Virus record (IMG/VR): IMGVR_UViG_3300025396_000072
Coordinates: 1 to 24,558 of that record
From: a virus
Lineage: Duplodnaviria; Caudoviricetes
Strand: one strand, 5' to 3'
DNA: 24,558 bases
Position numbers and translations under genes: made by a program. Within the stretch, counting starts at the first letter, position 1; each line of letters opens with the position of its first letter. This document shows positions 8,167 to 15,987 of the stretch, piece after piece. The notes under the pieces were generated by a model that saw nothing but the letters and a program-made list of their open reading frames with translations, had not been told where the DNA came from and ran no database searches.

Positions 8167-9740
8167 TTGACGGCCTCTCCTGTGTCTTGATAGACCCAAC
8201 CGGTGTTGGATTGGTTGGGAACAATTACACGGTTATTGTAGAAGTGAGGGACTGCTGCCGCTGCTGGGGCTTGATTGGCGGTAGGGCCAGCACCAAGTCG
8301 AGCAGCGCGCGCCTTTGCTCGCTCCATAGTTTCAGTGATGGTTTTGAGTTGCTCATCAAAAGCGGCCCGCGACATGCCAGTATTGAGTTTGGCAATCGCG
8401 TCGGTGATCTTGTCGCCTTCCTTATTGGACAAGGAACCGAGGCCACGCATGGCTTGAACGTTAGACAAGAATGCAGCCGACTTGAGAGATTGCAACTCGT
8501 TTTGGTAGTTGTAAGTGTCAGTGCCGGGGATCAACTGAGTCGGTGTCAATGAAGACAAACCATTCACTCGACCGGGGTGGTTAGCAATAACCTTGACCTT
8601 GTCGATCACACTTTGAGCGGCATCCCCAGCCTGACGTGCAGCCTCTTGTGACTGTTGCGCTTTATCGTTGTACTTGTCTTGCTCAATCTTGAGTTGGGCG
8701 CGACGAATCTCGTCTTGATTTTGCGCCGTAGTCTGATGCAGTTGAAGCGACAGATTGGCCATCATTTGGCGGAAGGCGCGCTCGTCTTCTTTACCTGATA
8801 AAGTACGCTCGTCATTGCGGTGGGCAATTTCAAGTTGCATGTACTTCTCAGCCAACTTATCGGCCTCTTCTTCTTTGCCAGCGTATGCGCCATTCTTAAA
8901 TTGCTTGGCAAGACGTTCTGCACCGGCCTTAACGGCTGGGTCAGTAGCAGTCATCACCAAGGCATCAAAAGGCGTACCGGCGGAGTCTGCACCGAAAATA
9001 CCAGCCTTACGCAACTCAGTAACCGACTTAGCAAACTCAGCGGCCTCTTTAGTACCACCGATCTTGAGCAAGTCAGAAACGGCCATCGGATCAACCGAGT
9101 AACCTGATTTGGGCTTGCCGTTCTCGTCAACACCAGAATTAGGAACAATGGCCTTGGCGCGCACATCTTGCAGTTGCTGTTCTTTCTGCTGTGCAAGGGC
9201 TTCCATCATGTACTTGGGATCACCCGTCAACTGAGACAACTGCTTGGCCGCTTCTGGGTTGTATTGAGCCGTCACTACACCAGTCTGCGGATTAGTAGTC
9301 TGAGTGATCAAGTTGTTGGATGCCTCACCCAAAGCGCGCTGCTTGGCCGTGTCAACCATGCCTTTACGCAGTTCCAATTCCAACTGGTTGCGGCGAATCT
9401 CTTCAGCGTTTTGTTGATCAATTGACTTTTGGTAGTTGCCAGCAGCAGCGCCCAAGGATTCACCAAAGCCACCAGTGCGAGTGGGGGCCAGAAAGCCTGC
9501 GGCCAACGCCATCAAAGATGGGTCAAAGACCTGACTCTTGCGGGTCTCCAAAGAGTTGGCCATCTTCTGCATCTGAGCATCAAGTTTGGCCTGATAAGCG
9601 GCCAAATCTTGCTGTGCAGTAGAAGCCTGTTTCTCAGGAAGACTTGCCCCTTGAATGTTAGAAGCCTCGGCTGTATCCGCCTCAGCGGTGGCTGCACCAG
9701 AGGGCTGGGCAGCAGAAACTTGTGATAAACCACCAGCCAT
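8163..9740 (-). CDS. internal virion / DNA ejection protein (525 aa)
   Basis: GAGG RBS; 'ALAAGFLAPTRTGGFGESLG.A' segment followed by Gln/Ala-rich coiled coils. Confidence 0.65.
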   Translation of the reverse strand: MAGGLSQVSAAQPSGAATAEADTAEASNIQGASLPEKQASTAQQDLAAYQAKLDAQMQKMANSLETRKSQVFDPSLMALAAGFLAPTRTGGFGESLGAAAGNYQKSIDQQNAEEIRRNQLELELRKGMVDTAKQRALGEASNNLITQTTNPQTGVVTAQYNPEAAKQLSQLTGDPKYMMEALAQQKEQQLQDVRAKAIVPNSGVDENGKPKSGYSVDPMAVSDLLKIGGTKEAAEFAKSVTELRKAGIFGADSAGTPFDALVMTATDPAVKAGAERLAKQFKNGAYAGKEEEADKLAEKYMQLEIAHRNDERTLSGKEDERAFRQMMANLSLQLHQTTAQNQDEIRRAQLKIEQDKYNDKAQQSQEAARQAGDAAQSVIDKVKVIANHPGRVNGLSSLTPTQLIPGTDTYNYQNELQSLKSAAFLSNVQAMRGLGSLSNKEGDKITDAIAKLNTGMSRAAFDEQLKTITETMERAKARAARLGAGPTANQAPAAAAVPHFYNNRVIVPNQSNTGWVYQDTGEAVK

Positions 9741-9742
9741 AA

Positions 9743-10759
9743 TTACCTCACTAAGTTGCCGTTTAGATCATAGATATGACCTTTGCCATCATGATAGGCA
9801 ATGACTTTTCTTGGAACCGCGCCATGTGCATGGCAGATCTCGCCGCCTTCTTTGTAGCCAACAGAACCACCGGCAGCGCATTTTGTGGCCTTGGCCCCGG
9901 TGAATGCGCCGATCAATGAACCCAGACCAGCGATCTGAGACAGCGGTGAATTGGAATATGCACCGGGGATAGGGCCGCAGAGTTGGCTGACTGAACCGGT
10001 TGGGACTTGATAGCCCTGCAACAACTTGGCGTACTGCTGAGTCTGTGTCATTGGATAGCACAACTCTTTTTGGCCCTGAGCCTGACACGCAGCACCCAAG
10101 GTATTGAGTTCGTTCAAACCAGCAATACCGACTTGGTTTTGTTGAGCGCCGAGATTACCCAAGGCTTGGCCAGCAGACAACTCACGGGACAAGCAGGTCT
10201 GAGCCTGACCGATCGCCTTGTTGTATTGGCAAGAAAGGTATTGAGCCTCTTGGCCGGTCAAGTTGGCTTGGATGCAACGCAAGGCGTTACCAGTAGCCTG
10301 AGCCTGACGTTGAGAACCGAATTGGCCTGTAGATGCACCAGCGGCATTCAGGACAGGCAAAACGTTCTGTTGCAGGTTTTGCTGAGACAGGCGTTGCATG
10401 TTGCCGATTACGGCGCAAGCATAGGGGTTTAGATAGCAGCCCACAACTTGATTGGCCGTTGTTGCTCCTGCCTGACCAGTCAACTGGCCAGCAGCGCCCA
10501 TAGTTCCAGCGCCCGAAAATGCGGCGCAAGGAGCCATTGCAAATGCTTGCTGCTGTAATGGGCTTAAACCAGCCACTCCGCCCTGTTGTACGGCGTTTTG
10601 ACCAAGATTAGCAATATCTTGGAGGTAGTTGGTATAGAACTGAGGCGCAGTGGTCTGCTGGCTCGTCGTTTGGGTAACCGATGGAAGGGCAGACCCTTGA
10701 AATAAAGAGCCGCCGGAGCAGAACTTAGGCAACCCGCCTTTAGTTTTACGCTTTGCCAT
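9743..10759 (-). CDS. Gln/Gly/Ala-rich DNA ejection/pilot-type protein (338 aa), unusually Cys-rich
   Basis: 'YLNPY', 'GQFGSQR', 'SPLSQIAGLGS' motifs typical of podovirus pilot-like proteins; 12 Cys. Confidence 0.65.
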   Translation of the reverse strand: MAKRKTKGGLPKFCSGGSLFQGSALPSVTQTTSQQTTAPQFYTNYLQDIANLGQNAVQQGGVAGLSPLQQQAFAMAPCAAFSGAGTMGAAGQLTGQAGATTANQVVGCYLNPYACAVIGNMQRLSQQNLQQNVLPVLNAAGASTGQFGSQRQAQATGNALRCIQANLTGQEAQYLSCQYNKAIGQAQTCLSRELSAGQALGNLGAQQNQVGIAGLNELNTLGAACQAQGQKELCYPMTQTQQYAKLLQGYQVPTGSVSQLCGPIPGAYSNSPLSQIAGLGSLIGAFTGAKATKCAAGGSVGYKEGGEICHAHGAVPRKVIAYHDGKGHIYDLNGNLVR

Positions 10760-13454
10760 GTTTGTACCCTTTCATGTATTCCAAAGGAGACTTAGCCTTT
10801 GGTGGAATTTTATCGACCGGCGCGGATCGTTTGTGCGCTCGGATCTGCTCACGCATGTGATCCAGCATCTTGGAGCCAGCCTTGTTAGAACCATCACCCA
10901 AAGCGGCCACCGTGTCGGCATCAATCACATATTCGCCGTCAGCCAAGAAGGCTGGGATGTCGTCTGATTGACCTGTACCGGGTCCATTTACAGCAGAACC
11001 AGCCTTGAAGTCAATCCGGCCCTCACGAACTGGATTAGTTTGGTGGCTATGCAAAGTGTGAGGCATATCACCCCCGTGCTTCATGCCGGGAGTAGGCATA
11101 TTCAGATTCTCAAGCGGATCTTGAGGGATGCCATAGGTGTAGTGGGCAGAACCACCGGTTGCTTTGTGCATTGGCTCATAGATTGGGATCAAGTGAGCGG
11201 GATCCATGCGGTGAGGGGCGTGAATACCACCACCATGAGCCTGATTGATCGGGGCGTATGTACCACCACCAACTTGAGCCGGCTCTTGATAGGGAGCGTT
11301 ATAGCCAGTCACGCCGAGGTTAGACATCAACTGTGCATTTGGCGTGTAGTTAGTGCGGTTGTTATATTGGCAAGCCTGCACAATACGGGCTGGGCCAACA
11401 CCAAATGAGGTGCATTCTCCGGGGATTGCGGCCAGTTTGGCCATGCAAACTTTGTAAGGGGCAGAACCAGAAGAACCGCCACCAAAACCGCTAGTCAAAG
11501 CGCTACCGAGCAAAGTACCAACCAAACCACCTTGAACCGTGCTATTCCCAAGCAAACCCTTGATGGTATTCAACAAGGAAGTATTCTGCGGTGTCTGATC
11601 ATTTGCGTTTTGTTTTAACGTTGCATCTACTTGCTTATTAGTTGGCACTGAAGTGGCCAAGTTACTTGCGCCGGTGCTACTAATAACGTTGCCATCTGCA
11701 CCGGTAACCGTTGTGCTTCCATCGGATTTAGTCGTAACCGTTGTGCCGTTGGAATAGGTTGTCACCATATTACCGTTGGCATCAGTTGTTGTGGTTGCGT
11801 CGGCAGATGAAGATGTGTAGGGAGTTGCGGTAGACAAAATCGTTCCATCGCTTGCAACCAAGTCACCATTGGCGTTGTACGAAACAGCATTGCCGCTTGA
11901 GTCAACCTGCTCGCCAGAACTGTTGTAATACAGATTAGGGTTGCAGCAATCTTGAACCAAACCGCCATCATCATAATGATGTAAGCGGCCGCCATGAGCA
12001 TATTTGTGGATACCGAAGCCGGCAGGCATAGCGCCACCGGACTTCATACCGTAAACACCGCCACCCATAGCCATCATGGTGACCAATCCGCCTTCTTTGC
12101 AACCATAATCACTGCCACCAGAAGGCAGGTTAAAAAGGGTATCTGTTGATGTGTTATCAGTGCTGCTAGTGTTATCCGTAGTATTTTGAGCGTTGTAATC
12201 AGCGGCAGATACATAAGTACCGTTATCGTTAACAGCAACCAAAGTACCGTCAGACGTATATACATTACCGTTTGCGTCTTGGAAATAACCTTTGGCTCCT
12301 GTGTCGGTATTTGCGGCGGCGCTTGTATTAGTAGCGCTACCGGCATTTGCGGCAGATGTCGCACCAGTGTTGCCGTCTGTGGAAACTTGATTCAAACCGC
12401 CCTTGCTAGTCAAATCTGTGCCAGTTGCATTTGTTTGATCGGTAACAGCATTTGTAGTTGCACCTGTGGACAATGAATTACCGTTGGCATCAACTGGTAA
12501 ACCAGTAGCAGCATCTACATAACCGCCATAACCATCAGGATTAACCTTGACTTCTTCGCCGTTGCTATTGGTGACGGTCTGAGTTGTGTCGGTGACGTTT
12601 GAAGAAGATCCCTTTTCGCCACCAGACAAAGTTGTATTACCGTTTGCATCAGTCGAGTACAAAATCTTGCCATCAACTTGGCTATAAGTAGCAGAACTGC
12701 CATCAGGGGCAGTAATCGTGTAGGTCTGGTCGCCGTTGTCAGTAGCGCCTTCAGGAATGGGAAGCAAGTTTTCGGTGCTTGTTCCACCAGAAGTTCCACC
12801 TGAAGTACCGCCGGATGTACTACCAGTGCCACCCTTACCGCCACCAAAAATAGAACTTAGTGCACTACCAATAGCGCCGCTGTTATTAGCGGCAAGGTAA
12901 CCAAGCCCACCTAAACCGGCGGCCGTAGCAAGAGTATTTAGGACGTTAGAGCCGCCACCAGTAGTGGATTTTGTACCGGTTGTAGTGGTTCCGGTGGTGG
13001 AGCCTTTGGTGCATTTGGTGCACTTAACGCCTGTGCCGCCTCCAGTTGTACCACCAGTTGTGCCGCCAGTATTTGTTGTCCCGGGCTTGGCAACCGTAGC
13101 GCCAGTAGCAGTTGTAGCAGGCAGATTTGTTTTGCCAGTATTCTGATTAGCCAGATTGGAAACGGTTCCCAGACCACCAGTTCGTGTACCGGTCATTGCG
13201 CCAGCATTACCTGCGCCACCAGAAACAGAGCAAACGTAATCCTGTCCGACTCCAGTACCACCGGGGCGTCCAGCGTAGTTCAAACCGCCGGGAGATACGT
13301 TGCCGTACCAAGTAACAGCAGGGGGCGCATTCATCGGTGTGCCGCAACCCTGATATTGGGAGTTGTAAATAGCAGAACCGGGCTGTGCCAATGGATTAGC
13401 ACCCATGTCAATCGTAGGTAATGGGCTTCCAACCCGACTTGTCAAAATAGCCAT
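10746..13454 (-). CDS. large low-complexity internal virion protein (902 aa) with repeated xxxGG motifs and C-terminal tape-measure-like GPGTG.SD domain
   Basis: Thr/Gly/Asn-rich; DANGN repeats; C-terminal 'GPGTGQSDDIPAFLADGEYVIDADTVAALGDGS'. Confidence 0.65.
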   Translation of the reverse strand: MAILTSRVGSPLPTIDMGANPLAQPGSAIYNSQYQGCGTPMNAPPAVTWYGNVSPGGLNYAGRPGGTGVGQDYVCSVSGGAGNAGAMTGTRTGGLGTVSNLANQNTGKTNLPATTATGATVAKPGTTNTGGTTGGTTGGGTGVKCTKCTKGSTTGTTTTGTKSTTGGGSNVLNTLATAAGLGGLGYLAANNSGAIGSALSSIFGGGKGGTGSTSGGTSGGTSGGTSTENLLPIPEGATDNGDQTYTITAPDGSSATYSQVDGKILYSTDANGNTTLSGGEKGSSSNVTDTTQTVTNSNGEEVKVNPDGYGGYVDAATGLPVDANGNSLSTGATTNAVTDQTNATGTDLTSKGGLNQVSTDGNTGATSAANAGSATNTSAAANTDTGAKGYFQDANGNVYTSDGTLVAVNDNGTYVSAADYNAQNTTDNTSSTDNTSTDTLFNLPSGGSDYGCKEGGLVTMMAMGGGVYGMKSGGAMPAGFGIHKYAHGGRLHHYDDGGLVQDCCNPNLYYNSSGEQVDSSGNAVSYNANGDLVASDGTILSTATPYTSSSADATTTTDANGNMVTTYSNGTTVTTKSDGSTTVTGADGNVISSTGASNLATSVPTNKQVDATLKQNANDQTPQNTSLLNTIKGLLGNSTVQGGLVGTLLGSALTSGFGGGSSGSAPYKVCMAKLAAIPGECTSFGVGPARIVQACQYNNRTNYTPNAQLMSNLGVTGYNAPYQEPAQVGGGTYAPINQAHGGGIHAPHRMDPAHLIPIYEPMHKATGGSAHYTYGIPQDPLENLNMPTPGMKHGGDMPHTLHSHQTNPVREGRIDFKAGSAVNGPGTGQSDDIPAFLADGEYVIDADTVAALGDGSNKAGSKMLDHMREQIRAHKRSAPVDKIPPKAKSPLEYMKGYKHGKA

Positions 13455-13455
13455 T

Positions 13456-15273
13456 TCAGCCCCCTTGTTTCAAAATTGCCGACAAACCAGAGATGTTCGT
13501 TATCGGCGTTAATGTGCTGACATTCACCTTGGCTGGAGGCGCTGTCGTGGTTGTTGCTGCCGTCTTAGCCGCTGTGCTTGTTGTTGCTGGGCTTAGACCT
13601 GTAGAGTTTACTGCGGCAGGCGTCAAACCGGAAATGTTTGTTCCAGTAGATACGGCCTGACTTGCGTTTGCTGGTGCGGCAGTTGCTGCCTGTGAAGCCT
13701 GCGCTAACGGTGAAATTTCTTTCATCACAGCGGCAGTTGCCGGGGCAGCAAGCAAAGAGAGTGGGTTCGTGCCACCAGTATTTGGGTTTAATTCATTTAA
13801 ACCGGTATTGACTAGACTACTGATCCCAAGGTTTTCCAATTTTGCTGTCGGGTCTGTACCACTAATCACACTCTTTGACAGAATCTTGGCGGCATTGCTG
13901 GCCAAGTTGGAACCAGTCAAATCTTTGGTTTCCTGACCAACGACGTTGCCTAAGACATCTGTTCCAATGTTTCCAGTCTTTCCGGTCAATACATCCGATG
14001 TTATTGCCTTAGTAGCAGCGCCAGCCAAGTCAGAGCCGGTCAAGTTAGTGGCTTCTGTTCCTGCAATACCTGTAAATGCGCCAATACCAGCGTTTTCTAA
14101 TGCTTTGGTGAAGTCACCGCCATTGGTTACAGTATTCAAGGCCGTTTGGGCAACCAACTTCTGAACTACTGGGTTGGCATCAGGCAACAACGTTGACCCA
14201 AGGTTTTGAGTGATCGAAGAAAGAGGGTTGGTCAATAAAGAACCATTGACCGATCCGTTTGTGGCGGCCGTCACAGCGTTGCTCAATGATGCGCCGTCAG
14301 TCGTCATTGTGGCGGCTGTGCTGGCATTTGAGATGGCTGCGGCGTCAACAGTAGCCGAGTTGTTAATGACCGTGGCAGCGGCGTTTTGAGCGGCTGTGTT
14401 GGTGGCCAAGGTATCGCCAGTTGCTGTTAATGTGGCCTGACCATTCGTAACGGCTGTCGCTGCATCTGGAAGATTTGTAGCGGCGGCTGTAGTGCTAGTT
14501 GTTCCTGCGGCTCCTGTAGCCGCTGTAGTGTCGGCTCCAGTAGTTGCAGCGGCGTTAGTACCAGCAGCGGTAGCACCAGTTGCAGTTGTGCCTGCTGTGG
14601 TGGCTGCGGGGACTGTACTAACAGTGCCATCTGCGGCCGTTGTTACAACCGATCCATCCGGCATATAAGAAACAACGCTGCCATCAGAAAATGATTGCAC
14701 CATTGCGCCGTTTTGCATCGTTGTTGATGTAAGCGATGGAGCCGCATTTGTTGCGGCGGCAGTATCGGTTGCTCCTGTTGCTGCCGTAGTATCTGTTGCG
14801 CCTGTAGTCGTTGCGGCCGTAGTGTCAGTCGCTCCCGCAGTGGTGGCGGCAGTGTCAGTTGCTCCAGTTGCAGCCGTGGCGTCTGTAGCACCGGTGGCCA
14901 ATGTGGCGTCAGTAGCAGCCGTTCCTCCGGCTACCGAAGCAGATCCAGCACCGGCGATTGTTGTGCCATCAGCGGCGATGATAGAACCATCGGCGGCTAC
15001 GGTCGCGCCGTTTGCTAATACGGAGCCGGGAATAAGACTACTGCCGGCATCTAAAGCCGCCCCGGTTCCCGCAGCAGCGGCATCCCCCCCTAAAGCAGCA
15101 AGTATTTCCGGCCCGGCAAATAGAGCAGCGCCAGCGGCTACCAACATGACTGGATTAGAGGCAACTTGCTCAACAACTTTGCCTGCCGCCTGCACGACGT
15201 GAGAAACAACATTGCCAACAGATTCAACTACGTTGCTGATTGCTTTACCAATATCATGAAAAACGTGGGTCAT
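13456..15273 (-). CDS. Ala/Thr-rich putative virion protein (605 aa)
   Basis: AGGAG RBS and ATGA overlap; amphipathic then hydrophobic N-terminus; GATD[AT] repeats; ends in LKQGG. Confidence 0.65.
   Translation of the reverse strand: MTHVFHDIGKAISNVVESVGNVVSHVVQAAGKVVEQVASNPVMLVAAGAALFAGPEILAALGGDAAAAGTGAALDAGSSLIPGSVLANGATVAADGSIIAADGTTIAGAGSASVAGGTAATDATLATGATDATAATGATDTAATTAGATDTTAATTTGATDTTAATGATDTAAATNAAPSLTSTTMQNGAMVQSFSDGSVVSYMPDGSVVTTAADGTVSTVPAATTAGTTATGATAAGTNAAATTGADTTAATGAAGTTSTTAAATNLPDAATAVTNGQATLTATGDTLATNTAAQNAAATVINNSATVDAAAISNASTAATMTTDGASLSNAVTAATNGSVNGSLLTNPLSSITQNLGSTLLPDANPVVQKLVAQTALNTVTNGGDFTKALENAGIGAFTGIAGTEATNLTGSDLAGAATKAITSDVLTGKTGNIGTDVLGNVVGQETKDLTGSNLASNAAKILSKSVISGTDPTAKLENLGISSLVNTGLNELNPNTGGTNPLSLLAAPATAAVMKEISPLAQASQAATAAPANASQAVSTGTNISGLTPAAVNSTGLSPATTSTAAKTAATTTTAPPAKVNVSTLTPITNISGLSAILKQGG
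14745..14915 (-). repeat. degenerate coding tandem repeat (GATD[AT]xAxT units)
   Basis: Protein 'ATDATLATGATDATAATGATDTAATTAGATDTTAATTTGATDTTAATGATDTAAAT': five GATD units; boundaries approximate. Confidence 0.75.
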
Positions 15274-15716
15274 TTGGCGCTCCTTGCTGGGCCTAAAGTG
15301 ATCGTCACTTGATAAGAACCGCGGTTGGTGCGCTGGACTACATAACCAGTTTTACTGGTATCCATGCCTTTAAAAACATACTTGAGCGTTTGTAAAACGG
15401 CAGGGTCTTCAATTTGCGCCACCAAGTTATCAAAACCGACCTTGTAGGCAGCAGCGAAGAACGTGCGAACGTTCTGGATAACGTTGCGGATTGTGTCAGC
15501 GTTGTACATCGCAAAGTAACCAAATCCGGGGATGCTTGACTTATGGACGATGAAGATCGAATTTCCTTCTTGCAACTGCCAAGTGTTAGGCAAAGAAAAT
15601 TCAAGTTTGACGCGCGCCAAAGCCTCGTTAAGAGGCATTTTTGGGTTTGAATTCCTGCAAGCAATGGCCAAGACATTCAAACTGGGTAGTTTTTTAATCT
15701 TACTGTTAAACAGCAT
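15270..15716 (-). CDS. hypothetical protein (148 aa), possibly GNAT-like assembly factor
   Basis: ORF track 15270..15746; likely start MLFNSK at 15716; sits between nozzle and ejection genes, where podoviruses often carry a GNAT-fold protein (inference). Confidence 0.55.
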   Translation of the reverse strand: MLFNSKIKKLPSLNVLAIACRNSNPKMPLNEALARVKLEFSLPNTWQLQEGNSIFIVHKSSIPGFGYFAMYNADTIRNVIQNVRTFFAAAYKVGFDNLVAQIEDPAVLQTLKYVFKGMDTSKTGYVVQRTNRGSYQVTITLGPARSAK

Positions 15717-15987
15717 TGGTATTCCCATTTCCATTGGTTTGGTCAATGTTGGCGTTCACCTGATTCACCAACGCTGTGGCCCAATCCTCCCAATTTTCAA
15801 AGAGGTAGGGGTTTGGAGCCTGCTCATTTGTAAAAAGATCGATGCCTCGGATACCGACAGCAAAGTCTTGCCAGTTCATGTCGGCGGTTGGGATCTGCAA
15901 ATTCTGAGCAGCATAGCCCTCGCACATGAGCGAAGCCCACGACTCGAACGTGTGATACCGTGGGTCGTAGACAAGAGCCAGTGCCAT
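15706..15987 (-). CDS. small hypothetical virion-associated protein (93 aa)
   Basis: TGATG coupling to the nozzle stop; Trp-rich 'P.PY.FENWEDWA' motif. Confidence 0.7.
   Translation of the reverse strand: MALALVYDPRYHTFESWASLMCEGYAAQNLQIPTADMNWQDFAVGIRGIDLFTNEQAPNPYLFENWEDWATALVNQVNANIDQTNGNGNTNAV

Noticed and set aside
10746-13454. Calling the 902-aa protein a tape measure protein (siphovirus)
   Set aside because: Only the C-terminal motif is shared. The body is not helical, and no tail tube or tail chaperone genes were seen; adaptor, nozzle and ejection-type genes point to a short-tailed phage.
14745-14915. Tandem repeats as a CRISPR array or DGR repeat
   Set aside because: The repeats are in-frame, degenerate at third positions and have no unique spacers. 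No reverse transcriptase is present in the window.
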